Assembly: GCA_021613535.1 (NCBI GenBank)
Contig: CP075495.1
Coordinates: 14,322,001 to 14,386,000 of the forward strand
From: Adineta vaga
Taxonomy: Eukaryota > Animalia > Rotifera
Length of the DNA stretch: 64,000 nt
Reading direction: 5' to 3'
Every line of letters begins with the position of its first letter. Position 1 is the stretch's first letter. The notes under the pieces were generated by a model that was given only the letters and a program-made list of their open reading frames with translations, searched no databases and was not told the DNA's origin. A program made the position numbers and the translations under genes. This document shows positions 29,219 to 39,586 of this stretch, piece after piece.

Positions 29219-31351
29219 ACGAGTATATATCCTTTTCTATACGATCTATCGATAATGGAAACGAAGAAGACACTCTTAAACAATTTATAATTTCATTTCG
29301 AGAATGACATAATTCCGCTTCATATCCTTTCTTTTGCACGGTATGAGAATTGTTTTAGACGACTACGACAAGAACTTTTCTTTCTCATTGAAATGATTGT
29401 CATCGGATGATATTCGAGATGTCAAAAACAGGGATGTCGTTCTTCATCATTTCTGATTGTTCAAATGATAATCCAAAGAAGAAGAAGAAGAAGAAGAAAA
29501 ATGTCTGTCTTATCAATTCCCGCTGTCACATTTTATTCCACGTACTATTTTCTTTCGTGTTTTATTATCATTGTTATTGTGAGATTCTAATTCTATCAAC
29601 TTGTTGACATAGAACACATAAATAATCTCAAAAGAGAAAAAAAAAGTAAATCAACAAAGAAGCTTAGGTCAATGCTATAGAAAAACTCTTTTTGAGGTCT
29701 GATTAGAAAATTAAATCACAAGAAGAAAAAAAATGAGATAAAACAATTATTTACGAGAAAGAACAACTCCCAAGAGAACAAATCATTTTTTTCAAAACTA
29801 TTTCATATTAAAACATTACATGTTAATCAATTCATCAGTTTTTTTAAATGAATATGTACACATATTCTTATTAATTAAATAGACATACCAGTGAAACAAA
29901 AAAGAATCAAGTAGCAAACTTAAATGAGATGAATATGTGAGTTTGGTGGATGTCATTTGTACATGCTGATAACGTGTTCGCCCTTTCCAATAGCTGACAG
30001 TAACAGTGACAGGCGTTCGAACGATAGATAATGATATGCTTCTTTGTAAAAACAAAACAAGCGCCTCTATTCTATAGGTAAATGAGTAAAAGTGCCGTTT
30101 TTTTGCTTCTCTTTCGTATCTCAAAAACGAGATGTTGTACAATTGTCAAATATCTTTCGATCGTCGTATTTTCCTTTTTCAATATGATTCATTCAAGGTA
30201 ATTTTCAATGAGAACATGATGTTCACATAATTTAGAACAGATACCAATTAGCTTGGAAAGAATGATGGTTGGTCTTTGTATTGAGAAATGCTTTTTCTAT
30301 CATTATATGTGTACATTTCGGAAGTGTCGATACTTCCTCAGGCGACAAAAAAAAATGTGAATCCATTGCGATTAATCAAAGGTCGTAGACGGATACATTG
30401 TTACATATTTTTCTCATAGAGAGAAGATTACCTACAGTTTGAACATGTTGATTGTTATGTTGATTCAAGGAAATTGATCGATGGAAATAGGATTTTCTAT
30501 AGATGTCCAACATTTCTTCTTTCTTTTTTTATTCTGCTCTTTTCAGATTAATAACAAACATTAAGATAAAAAGAAATAAATTGACTAATTGCACGTCTTC
30601 CTTCAATCTTTAGTATGATGAGAAAGATCAAGTAATATATTCGATTCTTTTAATCTTATCGATATCCAAAAAATAAATAACTTAGTCATATTATATTGAT
30701 CGAAATGATAGAAAAAAAGAACATGTCTTTTGTGAATTCATTTCTATTATAAACTAAGAAGATTAAAAGATTGCTTGATTTTATTAATCTAGTAAGAGAA
30801 GATTGTTGTTGTTGTTGTTGATTTGATTCTTGACATTATTGAAATCAAATTTCTCAAAGTAGTTTTGAATGTCAATAGGAAAATCGGTTTATTTATCAAA
30901 TATTTCTAATGATAATCTGTTTTTCAAGGAAATCATCGACTAAATAGTATATACATCTGGAAAAAAGATCAACGAAATCGACATTGATTGATTGTTTCTA
31001 CTAATTCTTTTGGTTATTCATCAACGAAATGAATCTTTCTTTCTTTTACTCTAATTATTAACAAAAGAAATGCTTTTCCTTTTAAACAATAACTAAATTA
31101 TTCAATAAAATGCGAACTTCCTTTCGTTATTCTTCTCTCTCAAAACAAAATCTTAACTTCATCATCGAAAAGCAATTACTATCTAAGAGATTGATTTCCG
31201 CCTGATAAATTGCTTAAAACTAAACTTAATCTATAGTATAATTTTCCTTTTTCTCCTCATTTATTCGTAATAAAATCATTAAAATTATGACTAGACGATA
31301 GAAAATATCTCAACTACAGATGTAAGAAATTGATCTCAACTAGTCTAATGT

Positions 31352-32449
31352 TTAAATTTGTTTTTTCAGAGTTTTTTCTTTAGGTGGAATTGTCGTTTTC
31401 ATTTTGAGTAATCTCGTTTGATTTCGTATTTGTTGATAGGATATACAAGATTGATCATATTGATCCGTAAGATTCTCTGGATGTTCTTTTTCATAATTTC
31501 GTAAAAATAACCATAAACGATTGGCAGCGTCATGTTGATCTTGATGAACTAATTTGATCAATTGATGAATTATCGGTAACCAATTTAATTTGTAACGATC
31601 CCATGCAAAACCAAATGTAATCATTCGTGTTAAATCATATAAACTAAATTTTCTAAAAGATTTATCAAGAATTTCTAAATGTGAATGAAAAAGATCATTC
31701 ATTGATGTAAGAGACACATTAAGAATAATTTCCGATAAATAACCCATATAAGCATCATCTGGTCTTGAACGTAATTTACAATTTTTTGGAAAAGTTTCTA
31801 AAACAACATGTGGATGAAGTAATTGAAGTAAAGCACGAGAATAACATACACCAGCACCATATGTTGCAAATTGATATGTTCGATTAGTATTACTAACTTT
31901 TACACCTTTCGGAACACTTGTTCGACCAATATAATAAGGTTTGGAAGAATTAAATTGTGAAATATATTGATATAAATTATCTAAATTAATATATTGATCA
32001 TCATCAAATCGACACATCCATTGTAAATCTGATCGTGTGGTAGAAAATAATTTATAGAATAATTCAAATTCATGCGCTGTTTTACAACATAAATCAAATA
32101 TATTATGTGTTGTTGGACAATTTGTTTGTATAACATGTCGAAATGAATTCCATATTGATGAATTTGTTTGATTAGAAATATTGTCTGTTGTTAAATATAT
32201 ATTTGATTGTTTTGAATAATCTGTTGATATCCAACTTTGAAGAAGATATTTTAAACGTGATTGACAATTTTCTGATGTACGAATAATCAATAATATTCGA
32301 TCAGCAATTTCGCGTGATCGATCAATAAATCGAGATGAATGTGAACGATAATTTGTAATAGAAATAAATAGAAATGATGCACTAATGGATAAAAATAAAG
32401 ATATTATTAGACGAATATATAATTTTGAAAGATAGAAACTACGTTGCAT
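31352..32449 (-). CDS. Fringe-like beta-1,3-N-acetylglucosaminyltransferase (GT31), intronless CDS, type II membrane protein
   Basis: N-terminal TM (LIISLFLSISASFLFISI), LCCKTAHEF, WMCRFDDDQYIN (DxD), YIGR, FATYGAGVCYSR, PDDAYMGY, FHSHLE. Probable ATG at 32449 (MQRSF). Confidence 0.88.
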   Translation of the reverse strand: MQRSFYLSKLYIRLIISLFLSISASFLFISITNYRSHSSRFIDRSREIADRILLIIRTSENCQSRLKYLLQSWISTDYSKQSNIYLTTDNISNQTNSSIWNSFRHVIQTNCPTTHNIFDLCCKTAHEFELFYKLFSTTRSDLQWMCRFDDDQYINLDNLYQYISQFNSSKPYYIGRTSVPKGVKVSNTNRTYQFATYGAGVCYSRALLQLLHPHVVLETFPKNCKLRSRPDDAYMGYLSEIILNVSLTSMNDLFHSHLEILDKSFRKFSLYDLTRMITFGFAWDRYKLNWLPIIHQLIKLVHQDQHDAANRLWLFLRNYEKEHPENLTDQYDQSCISYQQIRNQTRLLKMKTTIPPKEKTLKKQI

Positions 32450-34302
32450 TATTTTAAAACTAAAATAAATAAAACAATCAGAAATAACTTTTTTGAAAAA
32501 CAATAAAAATATGATTGTAACAAAAATTCTCTTGATGAAAAGAAGTAGAATAAACTGTTGTTTTTTTTTTAACGTCTTCTTGTGTAAGATGAAGCCAAAT
32601 ATACTCGATTATAATGTGCAGATGATTTCATTTACATTTCTCCAAGGTTTCCGAATAGAAATGAATATTTTTTAATAAAAATCTATATTATTATAAAAGA
32701 TCTATGTATTTCAAAATGACTATTCATAAACAAATTGTTACACAAAATCAACTGTCTACTACTTATTTCAACTATATAATGCTTGACTAAAATATTCATA
32801 TGAATTATATTTTTAGAGATCAAAAGATTTTCTGCATGAATAGAATTCTCCTTTCAATGACATTTTAAATCATGAGATAAATTAGAAATTTTGATAGGAA
32901 ACATAAGAAACAATGAAAGATGATTAAAATGTAAATTCGTATGATAGTTTTTTTTTCAATCACTTATCGAGAGGTGATATGTATGTTAGGACAATATTAG
33001 AATAGAATGTCAGTCGAACAACACAGTTAAAGAACTTCTGAGAAAACATCATGAAATTCTTTTTCGTAAAAATTCTCGGTATTAGTTCATCGTAAAAGAG
33101 AACGAGAAAATCTGAATCTATCGATTTCTATGTAATAAGCTTTACTTACCTGAAAAAAAGAAAGAAAAAAAAATTCGTTGTTATTAACGATAGTTTGATT
33201 TCGAACTTTTCTATAATATGAATTTGATGTTCTGTTTTGTTTTATAATCGTCTAGATCGTGACAAACGCATTCGCATCTTTCTCAACGCATCATAATAAC
33301 GAATCATTTTCTACATTATCCTGCCGCATTTCAATGTATCTTCAAGAAAAGAACAAATCATAAAACTTTCAATCAACGATCTGAATGTTTGATACGACTT
33401 CTTTCTTTCTTTCTTTCTTTCTTTTTTCTCTATTCTTCTTCAATCGGTTTCATATAACCGTAAATATAACAGACAAATGCGAAGACAGTTGTTCATCTTT
33501 CTGATAATAATTTATTTCACAAGAAGAAGAAAAAACACGTACTCGATTGATTCAACATTTGAATTTCTTCGATCGATAACGAATTGTTACTTGCATGTTT
33601 CTTTTCACACAGTCAAACGAAGCATTGAAAAAAGAGGACATTTAAAGGTAATGCTTTTTGATCAAACACTCAAAATGTTATTCTATGAAATTTTCAAAAG
33701 CAAACAATCGAACACTCCTTGACTCATGCGACTTTCAGAGAGAATAGATATAACTGAAAAAGAAACACATCAAAAGGTTTCAAAATGTAAGAAATCCTTC
33801 TAGATTGAGGACATTTTAGTGCATTTTTTTAATCACAAGAACAGGACGTGTTCGACATTGAAATTCATGTGTTCTTTCAATAGTAAAAACAAATTGAATA
33901 TGTGAAATGCACAAAAGAACTGTGTTTTTTAATAATTAATTAATGAGAGAGTACTCAACAAGCGAATATTTGGGTACTTTTAATTTATAATATATCGATC
34001 GTATTATTTACAATTCTTAGTTTTAAATTCGATGTAATATTAAAAATAGATGAAGAAACAACGGAATCATTTGCGTTCAGTCCGACGAGAGATATTCTCG
34101 TTCTTTTAAATAATGGACAAATATTTGACGTCTGAATTTTCTTTTCTTACGAATTTTATCATGGCTCGAAACCATAAATGATTAATAACAAAAGAAAACG
34201 AAGCTATTAGTATTGAAGGTAATCGTCATTCTCTATGTGTGATTATTAAATGATTACAACATCATAATTATCAATGAAACCATTCACTTAAAGCATAAAA
34301 TG

Positions 34303-34400
34303 CTAGGGGGAACAAACTGATTTCAAACGCCGAAATCACCTTCAAATCGCTTTGAAATCATTGAAATCATGAATTCTTGAAATCACTTTGTTCCCCCTTG
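34303..34400. mobile_element. 98-bp hAT-type MITE with 8-bp target-site duplication
   Basis: Termini CTAGGGGGAACAAACTGATTTCAA ... TTGAAATCACTTTGTTCCCCCTTG. Identical flanks ATAAAATG at 34295-34302 and 34401-34408. Internal repeated GAAATCA motifs. Confidence 0.85.
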
Positions 34401-35644
34401 ATAAAATGGCAAATATAACATTTTCATTTCGTGATATTTCTCAAAATTTGATGGCTGAAAATTTATTAAAAGTTTTACAGCAATTGGTGATCATGAAAAT
34501 CTGAACAAATACAAACATGTGGATTATTGTATTTAACTCAGTTGTCTAATAGATAAATGAAAAAGAAATGAGAAATTTACTTTCATAGATACTCAAAGTC
34601 ATAAAAACAATAAAAATGAAAAATATTATATTAAGTAATGCTGTTTCTTATCAACTAGAAAATCAGAAATCTATTTAATCGATGAATAGAGTAGTAAAGT
34701 GCTTTGAATATGCTTCTTTGTCAGAATCAAACAATAAGAATGAATGATATTTCGACTAATTCTTTAGTCAATTGCGCAGTCAAGTATGTACTATATGCAC
34801 AGTTACATATACACAAGTTTCCAGTCATACCAATATCATAATTGCAACAATACAGAAAAATCTATCAATCATTCTAATAGAATTGAATAAAGAACTTTGT
34901 TTGTCACCTTATCAGCTTAGTTTGATATTGTGAACGACCTCCGAAGAAATGTTTTGAACGGCACTAGATCAATTCGTCGCATATATAGATGAGAATAAGA
35001 GAGACAAGTATGAAAGTGAATCGATAATTGAATTACACGATTTAAACTAACTTGTTATACTAAATATACTACTGATTTCAAAAGTTTCATATGAACTTTC
35101 TAAGCTATACAATAATTAGACGAAGTTGGTTTGACGGAAACGTTCAAAATATAAAACTTTCACTTTCAAAAACAAGAAAAGATATTGTTAGCTGTCTGGG
35201 TGTCACTGACATATTGAATAGACTTTAAAAAAATGACCTTACTATCGAATCGGTAGATAATTGCCACTCGTCTGATAATGAGAAAAAGTAGTGAAAATCA
35301 TAAGAATAATAAAGGGAACAGGTCTTGCTCTCATTTTGTCAAAAGATTTTTTTCTTTATAATTTATTTACGATTTAGTCATGAGTTGTCTAATGCGAGTT
35401 ATAAAACGTATAGTAATGAATATGCATTTATATTATAACTATAATTTCGTAAGTACTCGTTTTTTCAGACATCTGTACTAAAAAAACAGAAAGCAGAAAT
35501 AGGTGAAAACTAGGTACGATTGGAATTTTGCCACTTCCTCATTAAATAATGACAAAAATATATAATATAACAAATCTTGATAAAAACAATACAAAACTTG
35601 AATTCACATATTTTTATTATACTGGTTTTATAATATCAGTTCAC

Positions 35645-35862
35645 TACAGGGTATAGCAAAATTATAGACCCCTATATACATGAATACGAAAATCGTTATT
35701 TTATTTCAGCAGTAAGAGATGGTGATTAACCAATAGCATAGGAATGCGTGGGTACACATGTACTATCTACCAACCTAACATTCTATTTCCGTTCGCTGAT
35801 AGTAGAAGAAAAAAATAAAAATTGGTGAAAAATTGCTGTACCATAATTATAGACCCCCTATA
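35645..35862 (+). mobile_element. Probable solo end of a Tc1/mariner-like element (IR/DR type)
   Basis: TA|CAGGGTATAGCAAAATTATAGACCCCTATA at 35645, with the core AATTATAGACCCC(C)TATA repeated ~185 bp inward at ~35845. No matching opposite end seen in the window. Confidence 0.45.
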
Positions 35863-36219
35863 CGAAAAATATATTTTTCGATTTTCTGGAGTTGATCAAC
35901 CGTTAATTTCTGGCATTTTCCTATGATACAAGTAACATTCTATCTATTTCTCTCACTTTGAGCTATTACTTGGTAAAATTTTCCCAGGAATGCTTGTTAT
36001 TATGAGTTTTATTGGTGTCTTATGACTAACTACGTGATCTTGGTCAGGAAACACTTTTTTCGTAATTTATATCTACACAAAACTAGTCTGATAGCCATAA
36101 TAACGCGAGATAGCATCGCCCTAATTCAAATTATCTTGATCAAAGTGTAATTTGAAAGAGTTTGGCGATACAGATAATATAGTACCTAACTTTTATGTGA
36201 GGTATTGTTTAAAAGGTCG

Positions 36220-36714
36220 CAGAATATTATGACTAGTTGAAGCGATGGATCCAATCTAATGATACAGTTCGAGAGAGCCCATCAAGTTGTACTAGAATAT
36301 GTACTAACATAACACAGGAAAAACATTCTTCAGAAGAAAGGTCCGTAACTCGGAAGGTTGGCTAATTTCAACAGATATATGCGTATGCAGACAAAAGAAA
36401 ATTTGTTCGTATAGTTTTGATAAACTGATTCCGGCGAACTCTATGCACTTTTTCAGATACGTCTCTGATTATGGATCTCAGTTAAGTAGGAAAACTCCAA
36501 TTTCCTTCTTCAAGAATTACTATAACATAATCAGACGACAACAGTCAATTTTTGCATAAGCTTAGTAATTAGCCAATCTTCAATGTCATAGATAGTTATT
36601 CTGAGGAATGTTTTTCCTGTATTATATTTGTTGATATTCTTGTACAATTTGATACGCTCTCTCTAACTATACCAAGAGATTGAATTGATCGCTTCAACTA
36701 GTCATAATATTCTG
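36220..36714. mobile_element. ~495-bp degenerate foldback/MITE with ~150-bp imperfect inverted arms
   Basis: CAGAATATTATGACTAGTTGAAGCGAT at 36220 versus ATCGCTTCAACTAGTCATAATATTCTG ending 36714. Complementarity continues inward (ACAGGAAAAACATTC/GAATGTTTTTCCTGT; TTGGCTAATT/AATTAGCCAA). No clear TSD. Confidence 0.7.
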
Positions 36715-36835
36715 AGTAGCTGCCTAATTATAGTTATAATTATAAATGGAAATTCATTCATACATATATATCTATATCTATACACAGATCCAGATCCAGA
36801 TATACATTTATAGCTATATATATCTATATATAAAT

Positions 36836-37015
36836 ATACCTCACCCATGTTATGTTTAGGAATATAGGAATAGATTTAGTTTCATTTATATGTATATATA
36901 TACAGATATACATACCTCACCCCTGTTAGTTGCAGGTATGTAGGAATAGATTTAGTTTCATTTATATATATGCATACCTCACCCATGTAGATTGCAGGAA
37001 TATAAGAATTGACTT
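36836..37015. repeat. Three degenerate ~62-76 bp tandem units
   Basis: ATACCTCACCC(A/C)TGT...AGG(A/T)AT(A/G)TAGGAATAGATTTAGTTTCATTTATAT at 36836 and 36912, with a more diverged third copy at 36974. Confidence 0.75.
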
Positions 37016-37240
37016 TGTTTTATATGTGGGTGACAGTTGACATGAAGAATGAGTTTATATTGAAATGCAGAAAAAAATAGAAACAGAAAAGAGAAACGAA
37101 AGTTAAATGTTGACAAAGATTCGAAAATGAAAGGCCGAATAAAAATAAAATAGATTTTTTGTCGGTAGATATGTCTGATTCGAATGGATTATTATCAGAA
37201 TAGTATGAATGGATTGTTTCAAAAATATACTGTCGTTCAT

Positions 37241-38945
37241 ACGTAAGGGAAGTTGGCACCAGATTCGAGTTTTTTCATTGCCGATTCGCCCACGAACATG
37301 TTCCAAGTGTTCCAACCAGTGTTCCAAGTAGAACTCGACGAGCTCTATCGAATGACACCAAGAAAAACTCTGTAGGTCGAACCAGGCCAGAGAAAACTGC
37401 CAAATACCGGGTTTTTCAAGGGGATTTATACGATTTCAGGAGTAATTCCTCCGCCGATTCGCCTAGGAACATGCTATAAGTGTTCCAATACAGTTCCAAG
37501 TAGAACTCGACGAGCTCTACAAGTTTGTAATTGTGACTTTTTAAATCAGACCCTCTCTTAGCCCTCAAAAATGCCAAAATCCCCCCAAAACCAAGTATTT
37601 CCTTTCCCGATTCGCCTAGACACATGCTCCAGATGTTCCATTTGAGTTCCAAGTAGAACTCGACGAGCTCTACAATTTTGTAATTGGAACTTTTTCAATC
37701 TGACCCTCTCTTACCCCTTCAAAATGCCAAAAACCCACGAGAACCCGAAAAAAGGACTACTTTCTCTCTGGATTCCCCAAAACATGTTCCAACCAGTGTT
37801 CCAACCAGTGTTCCAAGTAGAACTCAACGAGATCTATCGACTGACACCAAGAAAACCTCTATAGGTCAAACCAGACCAAAGAAAACTGCAAAATACCGGG
37901 TTTTTCAAGGGGATTTATGCGATCTGAGGAGTAATTCCTCCGCCGATTCGCCCAGGAACATGTTCCAATTGTTTCAACCAGTGTTCCAAGTAGAACTCGA
38001 CGAGCTCTACAATTTTGTAATCGTGACTTTTTCAATGAGACCTTCTCTTACCCCTCAAAAATGCCAAACACCCCCCCAAAAACGAGTATTTCCTTTCCCG
38101 ATTCGTCCAGGAACATGTTCCAAGTGTTTCAACTATTGTTCCAAGTAGAATTCAACGAGCTCTATAATTTTGTAGTTGTGACTTTTTCAATGAGACCCTC
38201 TCTTAACCCTTAAAAATGCCGAAAACCCCGCAGAACCCCAAAACCGAGTATTTTCTCTTCGGATTCGTCCAGGAACATGTTCCAAGTGTTTCAACTATTG
38301 TTCCAAGTAGAATTCAACGAGCTCTATAATTTTGTAGTTGTGACTTTTTCAATGAGACCCTCTCTTAACCCTTAAAAATGCCGAAAACCCCGCAGAACCC
38401 CAAAACCGAGTATTTTCTCTTCGGATTCGCCCAGGAACATGTTCCAATTGTTTCAACCAGTGTTCCAAGTACAACTCGATGAGCTCTATCGATTGACACC
38501 AAGAAAACCTCTATAGGTCAAACCAGACCAAAGAAAACTGCAAAATACCGGGTTTTTCAAGGGGATTTATGCGATCTGAGGAGTAATTCCTCCGCCGATT
38601 CGCCCAGGAACATGTTCCAATTGTTTCAACCAGTGTTCCAAGTAGAACTCGACGAGCCCTACAAATCTGTAATGTTGAGTTTTTGAGTCAGACCCTCTCT
38701 TCCCCCCGTAAAATGCAAAAAAACCCAAACCCATAATATTTCCTCTCCCGATTCGCTTATAAACTCTTTCCAGCTGCACTGACATACTTTCCAAGGAGAA
38801 CTCGACGAGATCTATCGACTGACACCAAGAAAACCTTTGTAGGTCAAACCAGACCAGAGAAAACTGCAAAATACAAGATTTTACTGGAGGATTTATAGGA
38901 TCTGGGGAGTAGTTTCTTTACTAATTCGCCTAGGAACAGATTCCA
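37241..38945 (+). repeat. Left terminal inverted arm, ~11 modular units of ~153-174 bp
   Basis: Core CCGATTCGCCCAGGAACATGTTCCAA...GTGTTCCAAGTAGAACTCGACGAGCTCTA near 37281, 37454, 37607, 37770, 37943, 38098, 38260, 38422, 38594, 38748 and 38921, followed by one of two linker types. Confidence 0.92.
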
Positions 38946-39396
38946 ATCAGTGCTCTAAATACAACTTTTTATTAATATCAAATGGTATAGCTTCGTATGA
39001 TTAATTGGATATGACGTTACGTGATATCGAATGTCAGCAGCTCATACATTCCTTATTTTAAAAGTGTTTCCAGATTATTGGCTGTTACTGATCCAGGTAT
39101 CATTTATATACCACGTGGTCTGTTTTAGAAGAAGAGTCTTAAAATTTGTTTTTTTAATACTCAATAATATAATCATACCTACGTAATTCAATAATTGATT
39201 CAAAGTGTTATAAGCAACTTGAGCTGATCGATAGATAGCATATGGTACAGTGTGCTTTAAAGTAAAGTTATGCTATGACATGAAATTCAATTTATTTGAA
39301 TATAAGACCAAGTAGTTTTACAGTGGATCATTCTTAAGAACAAAAAGAGATATTAAACTAATCGTTTTACACATATCTGTCCCTCTTGGAAAGTTG

Positions 39397-39569
39397 TATA
39401 TAAACTCAATGATAGCCGTTCATTTCATCATTCCATTCCTTCTTACACGTCTTATTACATTGATTCATTGCTTCTAATGTGCGTCTAGCTATTTCGTTTT
39501 CATTTCGAATCCGTAAGTTATTTTTTTAATTTTCTTCGTTCAATATTAACATCGTATATACATACATAG
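39397..39569 (+). promoter_or_regulatory. Putative Pol II promoter and 5'UTR intron of the env-like gene
   Basis: TATATAAA at 39397-39404; Inr-like TCATT ~25-30 nt downstream; 57-nt GTAAGT...CATAG intron at 39513-39569 ending 17 nt before the ATG at 39587. Confidence 0.6.
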
Positions 39570-39586
39570 ATAATACAATTATCATC

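Noticed and set aside
25200-31300. Scattered 60-120 aa ORFs
   Set aside because: Low-complexity translations of AT-rich and microsatellite DNA; probably upstream or 5'UTR intron sequence of the GPCR.
37684-38148. 154-aa ORF and its mirror at 42521-42985, plus other short ORFs in the arms
   Set aside because: Non-ATG starts, lie wholly within the repeat units and show no recognisable domain; open by chance in GC-richer repeats.
37281-38945. CRISPR-like array of palindromic repeats
   Set aside because: Spacers are not unique (two recurring linker types), units are 150-175 bp, no cas genes are present and the context is eukaryotic; the array is the TIR of a mobile element.
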